A stretch of DNA of 64,000 nt from Anaerolineaceae bacterium (GCA_036825115.1 DAISYV010000001.1:11-64010); one strand, 5' to 3'. Positions 19,104 to 29,335 are shown, counted from the stretch's first letter. Program-made: numbers and translations. Notes: generated by a model from the letters alone, not told the origin.

Positions 19104-19193
19104 TATTTGGTTACTTTATTGACTAAATCTAAAGCTAAAACGTCTGTTACAGTGTGCTAAGCCATCTGTAACGGATTTCTGAAAGGAATTGGA

Positions 19194-19367
19194 ATGTCTA
19201 CAAAAAGAACTTATCAACCAAAAATTCGCCGCCGCGTGCGTGTGCATGGTTTCCGTGCGCGTATGTCGACGAGTGACGGTCAGGAAGTGTTGAAGCGCCG
19301 TCGCCTGCGCGGGCGCCATCAACTTGCGACCAAGGCAAACAATCACGTTAAGCGCGTTCGCTGGTAA
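19194..19367 (+). CDS. rpmH: 50S ribosomal protein L34 (with a short C-terminal extension)
   Basis: Not in the track (57 aa). Translation: [57 protein letters not shown]. It sits directly upstream of rnpA. Confidence 0.92.
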   Translation: MSTKRTYQPKIRRRVRVHGFRARMSTSDGQEVLKRRRLRGRHQLATKANNHVKRVRW

Positions 19368-19378
19368 ACCGTAGCTGG

Positions 19379-19747
19379 ATGGAGTTCAGGTCCGTAAACG
19401 GGCTTTCGATCACACACCTCAAGGACCCCAGGATCATCCAACAGGTCAAAAACGAGGGAGAATCAACAGCGAATTCGCTTGCGGTTCTCGTGACGAAAAC
19501 CAATGGCCTCCAGACCATACGGTACGCAGTGATTTCCAGTCGGTCGGTCGGTGGGGCAGTTCAACGCAATCGGTGCAGACGTCGCTTGCGACCCCGAGTG
19601 ATAGAGAACCTGAAACGACTCGAAGTAGGCATGGACTGTTTATTGATCGCCAGAAAAAAGCTTCTTATTGCTGAACCGCGGGAAGTTGATGCCGCGGTTC
19701 AAGATTTGTTTAACCGAATCAGTAATCGGACGAGCAAGAATGAATGA
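19379..19747 (+). CDS. rnpA: ribonuclease P protein component
   Basis: [14 protein letters not shown] motif and the position after rpmH. Confidence 0.9.
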   Translation: MEFRSVNGLSITHLKDPRIIQQVKNEGESTANSLAVLVTKTNGLQTIRYAVISSRSVGGAVQRNRCRRRLRPRVIENLKRLEVGMDCLLIARKKLLIAEPREVDAAVQDLFNRISNRTSKNE

Positions 19748-20039
19748 GCACGACAAAACCAGTGAAGATGAATGCCAGACTTGCGATCCGGAACTTTCGG
19801 ATTTACCAAAAACACTGAGGAATTTTCCAAGACTACCGATCTTACTGTTGATCAAGGTCTATCAGAAAACATTGTCGAAAGCTCTGCCACCGAATACTTG
19901 TCGGTTTTATCCGACCTGCTCGCACTACACCTACCAAGCGGTTTACAAATATGGCGCGTTGAAAGGTGGATGGATGGGTGTGAAACGCATAGCACGCTGC
20001 AATCCATTCAATCAAGGCGGATTTGATCCAGTACCTTAG
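19740..20039 (+). CDS. yidD: membrane protein insertion efficiency factor YidD
   Basis: [40 protein letters not shown] 19740 overlaps the rnpA stop; the track start is 19668. Confidence 0.88.
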   Translation: MNEHDKTSEDECQTCDPELSDLPKTLRNFPRLPILLLIKVYQKTLSKALPPNTCRFYPTCSHYTYQAVYKYGALKGGWMGVKRIARCNPFNQGGFDPVP

Positions 20040-20046
20040 GAGATTT

Positions 20047-21123
20047 ATGAGCAAAAAATACCTTCGTTCTCTGTTGATTGTCCTCCTGGCGGGATTACTT
20101 CTCGCTGGGTGTGCGATGGGCCCCCGGGCTGAGAGCACTCCGGGCATCAGCGCCGATGAGAACAAAATAATTGTTTCTTACTTGAATTATGTCTACAAGT
20201 TAGATCCCGCCAATGGCAAGGAAGCCTGGCGGTATCCAGCGAAAGCCAACACCAAACAGGTCTTTTACGCACCAGCCTTGATCGATGGAGAGTCGATCTA
20301 TGTTGGTGACTTCGCGAACGATTTCCTGAAAATCAATGCCATTGGTGCTCCTACAGTTGACTGGACTTTTACAGAAGCAAAAGGATGGTACCAGGGGAAA
20401 GCCGCGATAGATGGCAGTCTGATCATCGCGCCTAATTCCGATCGCAATATTTACGCGATTGACGAAAACAACAACCTGGTCTGGACCCATCGAGATCAGT
20501 TTGCTTATATCTCTGAGCCACTGGTGGTTGAGAATATGGTGATTGTCAGTTCCCAGGACCACAAAGTGGTTTTCCTTAACAAGGCTGATGGAACGACCAT
20601 CCGTGAGGTGGCGCTGAACGGGGCTGTGATTGCAGCACCGGTCTACGATCCAGAGACAGATTCGATTTTCGTCGGCTCTCTTGCAGGTGAGTTTGTAAGG
20701 ATCGACCGGCAGAGTGGTGAGATTGTCTGGCGCTATGATGGCGGAGGAACACTGGAAAGCGTTTGGTCAGAGCCAATCCTTGTAGATGGACAGGTTATCT
20801 TTAACGACAAGACCGGGAAGATCATTTCTCTATCTCCGGAAACAGGTGCGGAAAACTGGCCATTCGATGCTGGCGGAACCATGTCGGCAGGACTTGCCCT
20901 GGTTGAAGGCAAAGGTTTTGTTGTAGCACTGGAAGATGGCGTAGTCTCCCTTATTGGTTTAGATCGTCAATCTATCTGGTCTCGTCAAGTCAGCGGTACG
21001 CTCTTTGACACACCAATTGTTACAGAGAACTTGATCCTCGTGGGAGCCTTCAAGGGTGACAATCTGGTCTACGCATTTGATTTTCAAGGTCAGCAAGTCT
21101 GGGCCTTCAAACCTGAGAAATAG
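20047..21123 (+). CDS. PQQ-like beta-propeller repeat lipoprotein (BamB-like fold)
   Basis: MSKKYLRSLLIVLLAGLLLAGCAMG lipobox; repeated G..VW(R/T) blades. SD GGAG lies before ATG 20047. Confidence 0.7.
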   Translation: MSKKYLRSLLIVLLAGLLLAGCAMGPRAESTPGISADENKIIVSYLNYVYKLDPANGKEAWRYPAKANTKQVFYAPALIDGESIYVGDFANDFLKINAIGAPTVDWTFTEAKGWYQGKAAIDGSLIIAPNSDRNIYAIDENNNLVWTHRDQFAYISEPLVVENMVIVSSQDHKVVFLNKADGTTIREVALNGAVIAAPVYDPETDSIFVGSLAGEFVRIDRQSGEIVWRYDGGGTLESVWSEPILVDGQVIFNDKTGKIISLSPETGAENWPFDAGGTMSAGLALVEGKGFVVALEDGVVSLIGLDRQSIWSRQVSGTLFDTPIVTENLILVGAFKGDNLVYAFDFQGQQVWAFKPEK

Positions 21124-21134
21124 AGAGGTCGACT

Positions 21135-22034
21135 ATGTGGGATACCCTGATTGTCCAACCCTTTACTAATGTTTTATTGATGATCACGATGCTGGTCAAG
21201 AACTTTGGCGTCGCGATTATTCTGTTTACCATCCTGATCAAACTGGTGACTTACCCGCTAACTGCCAAGCAGATCAAATCCTCGCAGGCTATGCAGGAGT
21301 TACAGAAGAACCCGCGTTATCTCAAAATGCAAGAGAAGTACAAAGACAATAAAGAAAAGCTTGCAGAAGAACAGATGAGGTTATACAGGGAGCTCGGAGT
21401 CAGTCCGTTCAGTTCTTGTCTGCCTATGCTGCTCCAATTTCCGATCATCATCGGCTTATATCAGAGCATCATGCGGGCAATGGCCAGCACACCTCTTGAA
21501 TTAATCAAGCTGGAACGGATGATTTATCCATTCCTTGATTCCACCAAGATTTTGCCGATTCAAAACCGCTTCCTCTGGATGGATCTTGGTCAACCAGAGC
21601 GCTTGATGATTGCAGGCATAGGAATCCCGGTCCTTGCAATCCTGGTTGTTTTGTCTACCCTGGTTCAGACCAAAGTAATGCAACCGCCTTCCAGTGGTGG
21701 CAATGATCAGGCTGCTGCCATGACTAATAGTATGAATATGACCATGCCAATCCTGATGGGCGTCATGGCTTATCAATTCTCAGCTGGTCTGGCCCTTTAT
21801 TTTGTTGTCAGCAATCTGACTACCATTGGACAGTACGCAGCAATGGGGAAAACCGATTGGTCCAGGATTTTCCCATGGGTAAAATCAAAACCCAAACAAA
21901 GCAAGCCTGCCATTGTGATTCCTGATCTTCCGGAAGAAGAAGAGGAAGAGGAAGAACCAATGATTGTCGAAAAAATCAGCAAACCTTCAGCCAGGGCTTC
22001 CGCTAAACGCCAACGCCCCAAGATGAAGAAATAA
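21135..22034 (+). CDS. yidC: membrane protein insertase YidC (short, Oxa1-like form) with acidic/basic C-terminal tail
   Basis: ILFTILIKLVTYPLTAKQIKS.., five hydrophobic helices, and the tail EEEEEEEP..KRQRPKMKK. Confidence 0.9.
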   Translation: MWDTLIVQPFTNVLLMITMLVKNFGVAIILFTILIKLVTYPLTAKQIKSSQAMQELQKNPRYLKMQEKYKDNKEKLAEEQMRLYRELGVSPFSSCLPMLLQFPIIIGLYQSIMRAMASTPLELIKLERMIYPFLDSTKILPIQNRFLWMDLGQPERLMIAGIGIPVLAILVVLSTLVQTKVMQPPSSGGNDQAAAMTNSMNMTMPILMGVMAYQFSAGLALYFVVSNLTTIGQYAAMGKTDWSRIFPWVKSKPKQSKPAIVIPDLPEEEEEEEEPMIVEKISKPSARASAKRQRPKMKK

Positions 22035-22060
22035 GCAAATTTGAAAGTTGAGTGTGCCTG

Positions 22061-22849
22061 ATGACAAACAACAGAACCACCCTAGAGGTAATTGCGATTA
22101 CTATCGAAGAAGCCATCGAGAAGGGGCTGGAGCAATTAGGGGTCGAACGAAAGGATGTGGAAGTTGAAGTGTTGGATGAGGGTAAACGGAATTTGTTCCG
22201 CTTTGCCTCCAAACAAGCCCGCATCAAATTGACCATTCTGGATTCCAGTGAAGTTAAGAACGAAGACTTGGAACCGGAAGATGAAGCAGCAAGCCTTGAT
22301 GACGAGGAAAGTCTGAGTTTCGGCGAGATGTTTGAAGCTCATACTAGCTCAAACATGAACGAATTGGTAGATCTGGATTTGACCGACATCGAGTCAGTTG
22401 TCAGACAAACCGTGTTAGACCTGCTCGAAAAAATGGATGTCCAGGCCGGAGTAACTGTTCAAAAGGTCTTCCAGGAAGATGAAGATCGGGAAGTAATTTA
22501 TGTCAACATCGAAGGCTCAGATTTGAGTTTTCTGATAGGTCGCAGGGCAGAAACGCTGAATGCTTTACAGTACATAACCAGTCTGATTGTCAATAAAAAG
22601 CTCAACCAGTGGGTTCCACTGCAGCTGGACATACAGAACTTCCGCCACCGTCGCGAGGTGGAACTACAGAAGCTTGCCCGCAGGATGGCTGAGCAGGTGG
22701 TTTCCACCGGTCGCAGGCAATGCCTTGAACCCATGCCGGCGAATGAACGCAGGATTGTACACATCGAACTACGTAAAAATGATTTGGTTTACACTGAATC
22801 CATCGGCGAGGAACCGAACCGAAAAATTTGTATTTATCCTGCAGAATAA
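22061..22849 (+). CDS. jag: RNA-binding protein Jag/KhpB (Jag_N, KH and R3H domains)
   Basis: The C-terminal R3H region (NERRIVHIELRKNDLVYTESIGEEPNRKICIYP) and the position after yidC. Confidence 0.85.
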   Translation: MTNNRTTLEVIAITIEEAIEKGLEQLGVERKDVEVEVLDEGKRNLFRFASKQARIKLTILDSSEVKNEDLEPEDEAASLDDEESLSFGEMFEAHTSSNMNELVDLDLTDIESVVRQTVLDLLEKMDVQAGVTVQKVFQEDEDREVIYVNIEGSDLSFLIGRRAETLNALQYITSLIVNKKLNQWVPLQLDIQNFRHRREVELQKLARRMAEQVVSTGRRQCLEPMPANERRIVHIELRKNDLVYTESIGEEPNRKICIYPAE

Positions 22850-22860
22850 GTGGTTTGAAA

Positions 22861-24174
22861 ATGCGTGCTTTGGATCTGATCATAAAAAAACGTGATAATC
22901 TGGCTCTGACAAAGTCTGAAATCGACTTCCTTATCTCAGGCTATGCCCATGATGAAGTCCCTGATTACCAAATGTCAGCCTGGGCTATGGCGGTGCTTCT
23001 GAATGGGATGACCGATCAGGAGATCACTGATCTGACCATGGCAATGGCGCATTCAGGCGAAGTGCTGGACCTGAGCGAGATCGGTGACATTGTGGTCGAT
23101 AAGCACTCCACCGGGGGTGTTGGAGATAAGACTACCTTGAGCGTTGCTCCAATGGTGGCAGCTTGCGGGCTGCCAGTTGGCAAAATGTCCGGCAGAGGCT
23201 TGGGATTTAGCGGTGGCACGATCGACAAACTCGAATCGGTACCAGGTTATCGAAGCAATCTATCCACCGAAGAATTTATCAGGCAGATAAAATCGATTGG
23301 AATTGTTCTTACGGGACAAAGCGCTGATTTAGCACCCGCGGACGGTAAGCTTTACGGGCTGCGCGATGTGACCGGGACTGTCCAGTCCATCCCATTGATT
23401 GCATCTTCAGTGATGAGTAAGAAGATAGCTGGCGGCGCGGACGCGATTGTTTTGGATGTAAAAGTTGGCAAGGGCGCATTCATGCAGACTCTTGAAGACG
23501 CGCGAAAACTCGCGAACGTAATGGTTTCGATTGGAAACCTGAGCGGTCGGCAGGTGATTGCGGTGCTTTCACCCATGGATCAACCGCTCGGAGAAGCAGT
23601 CGGAAATGCGCTTGAACTCAAGGAAGCAGTTGAATTGCTGAAGGGCAAAGCGCCTGAAGATTACCGCTATCATTGCATGCACCTTGCGGCTTACATGTTG
23701 ATCCTTGGCAAAAAAGCCGGATCCATGCAGGAAGCACTCGCAATGGCCGAAGCCACAATCTCAAACGGCAGTGCCATGAAAAAACTGGAAGAGTTAATCG
23801 CTGCTCAAGGCGGCGATGTTTCCTACATCCGTGATCTTGACCTTTTGCCGAAAGCCAAAATTCACAAAACCATCACAGCCGATAAAAGCGGCTGGGTGAA
23901 AACCGTGGACGCAAAAGAAGTCGGCGAGAGTTCAGTGACACTCGGTGCCGGCCGTTCGAAAAAAGATGACAAAATTGATTTTGGAGTAGGCATCCTGGTC
24001 AAAGTGAAAATTGGAGAGATAGTCGCTGAAAAACAGCCTCTTTTTGAGATACACGCCAACGATGAAGAGAAACTCAACCAGGTTTTGGAAAAGCTGCGAA
24101 ACGCTGTGGAGATAGTGGACGAACCGGTGGAAGCGCCCCCATTTTTTTGGGACGTTATTGGTCTGAATGAATAG
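22861..24174 (+). CDS. pdp: pyrimidine-nucleoside (thymidine) phosphorylase
   Basis: MRALDLIIKKRDN..DKHSTGGVGDKT..; about 437 aa. Confidence 0.9.
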   Translation: MRALDLIIKKRDNLALTKSEIDFLISGYAHDEVPDYQMSAWAMAVLLNGMTDQEITDLTMAMAHSGEVLDLSEIGDIVVDKHSTGGVGDKTTLSVAPMVAACGLPVGKMSGRGLGFSGGTIDKLESVPGYRSNLSTEEFIRQIKSIGIVLTGQSADLAPADGKLYGLRDVTGTVQSIPLIASSVMSKKIAGGADAIVLDVKVGKGAFMQTLEDARKLANVMVSIGNLSGRQVIAVLSPMDQPLGEAVGNALELKEAVELLKGKAPEDYRYHCMHLAAYMLILGKKAGSMQEALAMAEATISNGSAMKKLEELIAAQGGDVSYIRDLDLLPKAKIHKTITADKSGWVKTVDAKEVGESSVTLGAGRSKKDDKIDFGVGILVKVKIGEIVAEKQPLFEIHANDEEKLNQVLEKLRNAVEIVDEPVEAPPFFWDVIGLNE

Positions 24175-24177
24175 CAG

Positions 24178-24201
24178 AAACCCGGTTCGCCGGGTTTTTT
24201 A
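24178..24201 (+). terminator. rho-independent terminator after pdp
   Basis: AAACCCGG-TTCG-CCGGGTTT followed by a T-run. Confidence 0.85.
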
Positions 24202-24222
24202 TTGGAAATTGGAGAATAGTTG

Positions 24223-26076
24223 ATGCTGTTAGAACGTAAGAATATAAGGAATTTAGCGATCATTGCGCACGTGGATCATGGCAAGACAACCCTGATTGAT
24301 TCGATGCTGAGACAGGCTAAAGTTTTCCGCGAGAACCAGAAGGTTCAGGAACGAATCATGGATTCCAACGATCTTGAAAGAGAACGCGGAATTACTATCC
24401 TGGCAAAGAACACCGCCATCACCCTGCCAGATCTTGAAACAGGAGAGTTGATCAAAATCAATATTGTCGACACGCCAGGCCACGCAGATTTTGGTGGAGA
24501 AGTCGAACGGATCATGAACATGGTTGATGGTGTTTTGCTGCTTGTGGACGCGGTAGAGGGTCCAAAACCGCAAACAAGGTTTGTGCTCAAACAGGCCATC
24601 GCCAAGAACTTGCCTACGATCGTAGTTATCAACAAGCTGGATCGGCGCGACGCGGATGCTGATCAGGCGTTAAATGCTACATTTGACTTATTTGTTGAGC
24701 TTGGAGCCAGCAGTGAGCTGCTTGAGTTCCCGATCATTTACGCCGACGGGCTCGCTGGCAAGGCAGGAACATCGGAACAATTAGCAGATAATTTGATACC
24801 TTTGTTTGATAGCATCCTTCGCAACATACCCGGACCTTTGGCAGACGTTGATGCGCCATTTCAGCTGTTGGTTACGAACCTTGGCTACGACGAATACAGT
24901 GGCGTTACGGCAACTGGCAGAATTCACGCCGGGAGTATCAAGGCAGGTCAGCCGGTGATGCGCCTTAAGCTTGATGGAACTGCCGAACGGATCCAGGCCA
25001 AGTATCTGTTTGCATACCAGGGTCTTGCCAAGATTGCCATTGATGCTGCTGAGGCTGGTGAGATCGTGACCATTGGCGGTCTGAAGGATATCCAGATTGG
25101 TGAGACGCTGGCAGATATTGAAAACCCGATTGTTCTGCCTGCCATCAAGGTCCAGCAACCTACGGTTCAAATGACATTTGGCGTCAATACTTCGCCTTTT
25201 AGTGGGCGGGAGGGCAAGTGGGGCACCACCAGGAAGCTCTGGGAGCGTTTGACTGAGGAATTGCGGACTAATATTGCCCTGCGTGTCGCCCAAACGGAGC
25301 AGAAAGATACTTTTCTGGTTTCAGGACGAGGTGAGCTGCATCTTGGCATATTGATCGAGACGATGAGGCGTGAAGGCTATGAATTCCAGGTCAGCCGACC
25401 TGAAGCAATCATTGTTGAGGATGAGAATGGTCGAAAACTGGAACCTTTCGAGGAAGTTCACATCGATGTGGACAGTGATAGTGTTGGGATCGTGGTTGAA
25501 ATGCTTGGTCAACGCAAGGGCAAGATGACCAATATGACCAATAACCCGGACGGGACGGTGCATTTGATCTATTCGATGCCGACCCGTGGTTTGTTGGGTT
25601 TTCGCTACAAATTCTTGAATGCTACTCGTGGAAGGGGCATTCTAAACAGCTTCTACGTGGGAGACCAACCGCTTGAAGGCACCATCGATAGCAAAAACAC
25701 CAGTTCGATTGTTGCCCGGGAAGAAGGGGTGTCCTCAACTTATGGACTGAAAAATGCCGAACCCCGGGGAATCCTGTTTATTGGTGCTGGAGTGGAGGTC
25801 TATGAAGGTATGATCGTCGGGGAGACCCCGAGATCACAGGATCTTTCGATCAACATAGCCAAGAAAAAGCATTTGACCAACATGCGTCAGTCGATCCGGG
25901 ATCTGGAGGAAAGATTGAATCCTCCACGCCAGATGAGCCTGGATGAGATGATTGAATACCTTGGGCCAGACGAGCTGCTGGAAGTTACCCCCGAAAGCTT
26001 GCGGCTGAGGAAGCGCATTTTGAATACCCATGATCGTCTGAGGGAAGAAAAGAATGCCGAAGAAGACGAAGATTAG
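24223..26076 (+). CDS. typA: translational GTPase TypA/BipA
   Basis: IRNLAIIAHVDHGKTTL, DTPGHADFGGEV, NKLD; about 617 aa. Confidence 0.95.
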   Translation: MLLERKNIRNLAIIAHVDHGKTTLIDSMLRQAKVFRENQKVQERIMDSNDLERERGITILAKNTAITLPDLETGELIKINIVDTPGHADFGGEVERIMNMVDGVLLLVDAVEGPKPQTRFVLKQAIAKNLPTIVVINKLDRRDADADQALNATFDLFVELGASSELLEFPIIYADGLAGKAGTSEQLADNLIPLFDSILRNIPGPLADVDAPFQLLVTNLGYDEYSGVTATGRIHAGSIKAGQPVMRLKLDGTAERIQAKYLFAYQGLAKIAIDAAEAGEIVTIGGLKDIQIGETLADIENPIVLPAIKVQQPTVQMTFGVNTSPFSGREGKWGTTRKLWERLTEELRTNIALRVAQTEQKDTFLVSGRGELHLGILIETMRREGYEFQVSRPEAIIVEDENGRKLEPFEEVHIDVDSDSVGIVVEMLGQRKGKMTNMTNNPDGTVHLIYSMPTRGLLGFRYKFLNATRGRGILNSFYVGDQPLEGTIDSKNTSSIVAREEGVSSTYGLKNAEPRGILFIGAGVEVYEGMIVGETPRSQDLSINIAKKKHLTNMRQSIRDLEERLNPPRQMSLDEMIEYLGPDELLEVTPESLRLRKRILNTHDRLREEKNAEEDED

Positions 26077-26100
26077 GGATAAGATTTATTAATTTATAAA

Positions 26101-26967
26101 CTATGCGCGTAGAATAAAGCGCTGAGAAGGCAATCCTGCCACTTGTGTTCGAAAAGAAAAGAGCGCGCCTGCAAAAGGTTGGGCGCTTTTTTCTTTTTCA
26201 GGCAGGTCAACAGACGCGCTGGTAATGTAGAGCGTGCGCAAGTCGGTGCCGCAAAATGTGACTGAGGTGGGGCGGCTGACCGGCAGAAGGATCTGCGCCA
26301 GCTCCTTCGCTTCAGGCGAAAGCTGAACAACACGCCCGCCATCCCAGATAGCTGTCCACAGATTTCCGTCCGCATCAATAGTCAGCCCGTCTGGCGTACC
26401 TCGTGGGGGAGAGTAGAAAACCTCTTTATTGGTCAGTTCTTTACCCTTCAGAGTGTAGCGGTAAACAGAATGATCGAGTGAATCTGTGTGGTAAAAGTAC
26501 TTGCTGTCCAGGCTCCAGCCAATTCCATTCGAGATCGAGATATTCTCAAGGATAATGCTACAGGATAGATTGTTTGATATGCGGTAAAGCTTGGAGGTAC
26601 CCCGCGGACCTTTTGAGCCTGCCCAAAATTCGCCAGCGGGTGATACTTTGCCATCGTTGAACATGGAACCGATGCCTTGAGGGATAACATCCAGGAAGTT
26701 TACTGGCGGAGGATCTCCAGGTTTATAGAACGCAAATCCAAACTCAGTCGCAAGGAGCAGGCGATCGGTTTCTGTGAGAGCGATGCAGCCCAGTTTTTGA
26801 CCAATTTGGTGAACTTTCAAGTCGAGGGTCTCAGGCTGAAATTCATGGAGCAACCCCAGCTCGATGTCAATCCAGAAGAGCGTTTGGCGATTTGAATCCC
26901 AAAGCGGGCATTCTCCCAACACATTCGCGCAATGAATTAAGGGTTGGTCGATCGAATAGGATTGCAT
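26101..26967 (-). CDS. SMP-30/gluconolactonase/LRE family protein
   Basis: 288 aa six-blade-propeller-like protein with GECPLWD.., PDGLTIDADGNLW and LYITSA. Confidence 0.8.
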   Translation of the reverse strand: MQSYSIDQPLIHCANVLGECPLWDSNRQTLFWIDIELGLLHEFQPETLDLKVHQIGQKLGCIALTETDRLLLATEFGFAFYKPGDPPPVNFLDVIPQGIGSMFNDGKVSPAGEFWAGSKGPRGTSKLYRISNNLSCSIILENISISNGIGWSLDSKYFYHTDSLDHSVYRYTLKGKELTNKEVFYSPPRGTPDGLTIDADGNLWTAIWDGGRVVQLSPEAKELAQILLPVSRPTSVTFCGTDLRTLYITSASVDLPEKEKSAQPFAGALFSFRTQVAGLPSQRFILRA

Positions 26968-26996
26968 GCTGGGATTTTACCAGCAGAAGCAGGGGT

Positions 26997-27025
26997 TTGT
27001 CATTCCTTGATGGCAGTGTTAAAAT
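26997..27025 (+). promoter_or_regulatory. sigma70-like promoter (-35 TTGTCA, 17-nt spacer, -10 TAAAAT) for the wzz-like operon
   Basis: Read directly from the sequence. It lies 30 nt upstream of ATG 27055, with the SD GGAG. Confidence 0.55.
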
Positions 27026-27054
27026 ACCAAAAACCTAATGAGTGATGGAGATTA

Positions 27055-27852
27055 ATGAAAAAACCGGGAAAACTTTCAGCAAAGACAGAATTCAGTCCCA
27101 GGATTTTTCATGCCAAGCCGACTGAATGGCTTGGCGTGGTTGGACTCATGCTCCTTGGCGCCCTTGTTGGGCTGATCATTAGTTTGTTACTCCCTCCTAA
27201 ATACGAAGCTGTGTCAAAGTTAACCACAAATTTGGAAGTTGTTACCGGGACTAACGTGACAGAGATCATGGTGGATGCCCAGGTAGATATCGTCGGCACA
27301 CTCGTGTTCCATTCGGATGTTATTGAGTCAGTACAGCAAAACCTGGCAGATGAGGGGCTGACATACACTGCTACGGAATTGACCAGGAAGACCAGGATTG
27401 AACGCCAATTAATGAGTACGCTCATCAAAGTGAGAGACGCCGACCCGGAAGTGGCAGCTCTGATAGCCACAGCCTGGGCAGAAAATGCTTATCAACGTCT
27501 CAATGAGGCTTATTCCCACGCGCTTGCCCTTTCGGAAGCCAAAGCCACCCAGGCGATGCTGACAGGCTGCATCGAAGATACAACAAAGCAGCAGCTTCCT
27601 TTTTGCCAGACGCTTACAGCAGAAAATACTGACGACCTTCTAAGTGAGACTGAGCGGATCATTTTGCAAAAAAGTCCTCTGAGCCTGGGGCTGACGGGTG
27701 AGATAAATATCAGCCAGTACCAACCAGCCGCAATACCGGAATATCCTGTTGCCTTTCAACGATCAATCCTGATCCTTGCCGGAGCTCTGGCAGGCTTAGT
27801 TTTGGCCCTCTTGCTGGGTGAATTGATGATGAAAGAACCAGAGCGTGGCTAA
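27055..27852 (+). CDS. polysaccharide chain-length determinant (Wzz/PCP-like) protein
   Basis: An N-terminal TM followed by PPKYEAVSKL, a long helical periplasmic-type region and a C-terminal TM (ILILAGALAGLVLALLLG). Confidence 0.55.
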   Translation: MKKPGKLSAKTEFSPRIFHAKPTEWLGVVGLMLLGALVGLIISLLLPPKYEAVSKLTTNLEVVTGTNVTEIMVDAQVDIVGTLVFHSDVIESVQQNLADEGLTYTATELTRKTRIERQLMSTLIKVRDADPEVAALIATAWAENAYQRLNEAYSHALALSEAKATQAMLTGCIEDTTKQQLPFCQTLTAENTDDLLSETERIILQKSPLSLGLTGEINISQYQPAAIPEYPVAFQRSILILAGALAGLVLALLLGELMMKEPERG

Positions 27853-29335
27853 ATTCAGGGAGTCTCTTGCAGAGATTAGCTGGAAACTGCTGTTGCTGGC
27901 TTTGCCCATCACAAGCTTTCCCATGCTTTCGAGGCTATTTGGCGGCACAAGTGTCGCGCCGTTGTCTGTTGTGCCAATGGCTTTATTGGTCCTTATCCTG
28001 GTGATTCCTGAATTCCTGAAAAGAAGAGCATTACCCCGTCAATTCCAACCACTCTACATATATTTTTTACTTGCAATCTTTTCGATCGCGCTAGCTTTTT
28101 TGAGGGAGTTACCGAGTTTTCGGGCAATTCCTGTTTGGAGAAACGCCTTAGAAGGATTGGTAACCTTGTTGTTCGGTTTTGGCTTCTACCTGGTTACCAT
28201 CTATTATTTGCGAGATCAATACCGGATACGCCGCGCATTACGTTGGATCAACCTGGGTGGAGCGGTTATCATCCTGGTTGTTGCCGTGCAGTATATGACA
28301 TACAAAATTACAGGAAAGTTTCCACAAATTCTGTGGTTTTTCCAGTCCATCATTTCTGCTTCTGCCATGTTGTATGACGGCCGCGCGACCGGCCTGGCTT
28401 TTGAACCTTCCTGGCTGGCTCACCAACTAAACATTTTGTATATTCCCATCTGGCTTGGTTTTACAGTCCGAAAAGAATCTGTTTACTCAAAGCGCTTGTT
28501 TGGGAAGATTCCATACGAGGCCATCTTCCTGGCAGGCGGAATCTTAAGTATGTTTCTCAGCTTTTCCAGGATTGGATGGCTGACAATTATTGCAGTTTTT
28601 ATGTACCTTGTTTTCAGATATGCAAATTTGCTGATAAACAGGTACCTGGAACGAAGAGAAAAAGAGACTGGAAAGAAGTACAACAGGAAACAACACTTCT
28701 TCGCGAAATTGCTCCTTTGGCTGCTCCTGATCTCAATCCTGCTTGTTTTGGTTTTTGCTGCTGGTTTGGTCATGCGTCGTTTGGACCCTCGCATGGAACA
28801 ATTATTTGATGTTTCGCTGTTGAAAAAATATGGGATTCTGGGTTGGGCGAGCAGGCTGAGTTTTGCGGAACGCATCACTTACTGGCAGGCAGCTTTCAAT
28901 GTCTACCTAAAACATCCATGGTTTGGCAGCGGTTTGGGTGTTGCTGGTTATTACTATCCAGAAGTCCTGCCAAGTTTTGGCTACCAGTTACCGGAAACAC
29001 TTTCGGCAATGTTCTACGACAGCTTTATTCCGAATGCCAAAAACTTGTGGGCGAGGCTGCTTGCGGAAACCGGTATCATTGGCTTTTCGGTTTTTGTAGC
29101 CTGGGTGGTCACACATTGGCGTGACGCAAAGGCGGTTGAAAAACGAAAACAGTCCGGGCTATTTAAAGCCATGGGATTGGCAGGACAACTTCTGATCATT
29201 GCATTGGTCGTGGAAGGTTTTAGCCTTGATACTTTTGGATTACCTTATTACTGGGTTGGTTTTGGCTTGATCGTTGCAACTTGGCGTGCCAAGTCAGAGC
29301 ATTCCGATCCTAAGACGAAGCGAAAGTCGGCCTAA
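27845..29335 (+). CDS. O-antigen ligase/polymerase family (Wzy-like) polytopic membrane protein
   Basis: 496 aa with about 11 TM segments and FSRIGWL in a loop, typical of the Wzy_C family. Its start overlaps the wzz-like stop. Confidence 0.55.
   Translation: MAKFRESLAEISWKLLLLALPITSFPMLSRLFGGTSVAPLSVVPMALLVLILVIPEFLKRRALPRQFQPLYIYFLLAIFSIALAFLRELPSFRAIPVWRNALEGLVTLLFGFGFYLVTIYYLRDQYRIRRALRWINLGGAVIILVVAVQYMTYKITGKFPQILWFFQSIISASAMLYDGRATGLAFEPSWLAHQLNILYIPIWLGFTVRKESVYSKRLFGKIPYEAIFLAGGILSMFLSFSRIGWLTIIAVFMYLVFRYANLLINRYLERREKETGKKYNRKQHFFAKLLLWLLLISILLVLVFAAGLVMRRLDPRMEQLFDVSLLKKYGILGWASRLSFAERITYWQAAFNVYLKHPWFGSGLGVAGYYYPEVLPSFGYQLPETLSAMFYDSFIPNAKNLWARLLAETGIIGFSVFVAWVVTHWRDAKAVEKRKQSGLFKAMGLAGQLLIIALVVEGFSLDTFGLPYYWVGFGLIVATWRAKSEHSDPKTKRKSA

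Noticed and set aside
19033-19193. Possible replication origin next to rpmH, since rpmH/rnpA/yidC are classically origin-proximal
   Set aside because: There is no dnaA or dnaN gene in the window and no cluster of DnaA boxes in the spacer. The only 8/9 matches to TTATCCACA that I noticed are isolated and inside coding regions (for example near 587, 35985 and 40095).
21933-21956. GAA/GAG trinucleotide run that looks like a tandem repeat
   Set aside because: It is in frame within yidC and encodes the poly-Glu part of the charged C-terminal tail. It is a low-complexity coding region, not a repeat element.
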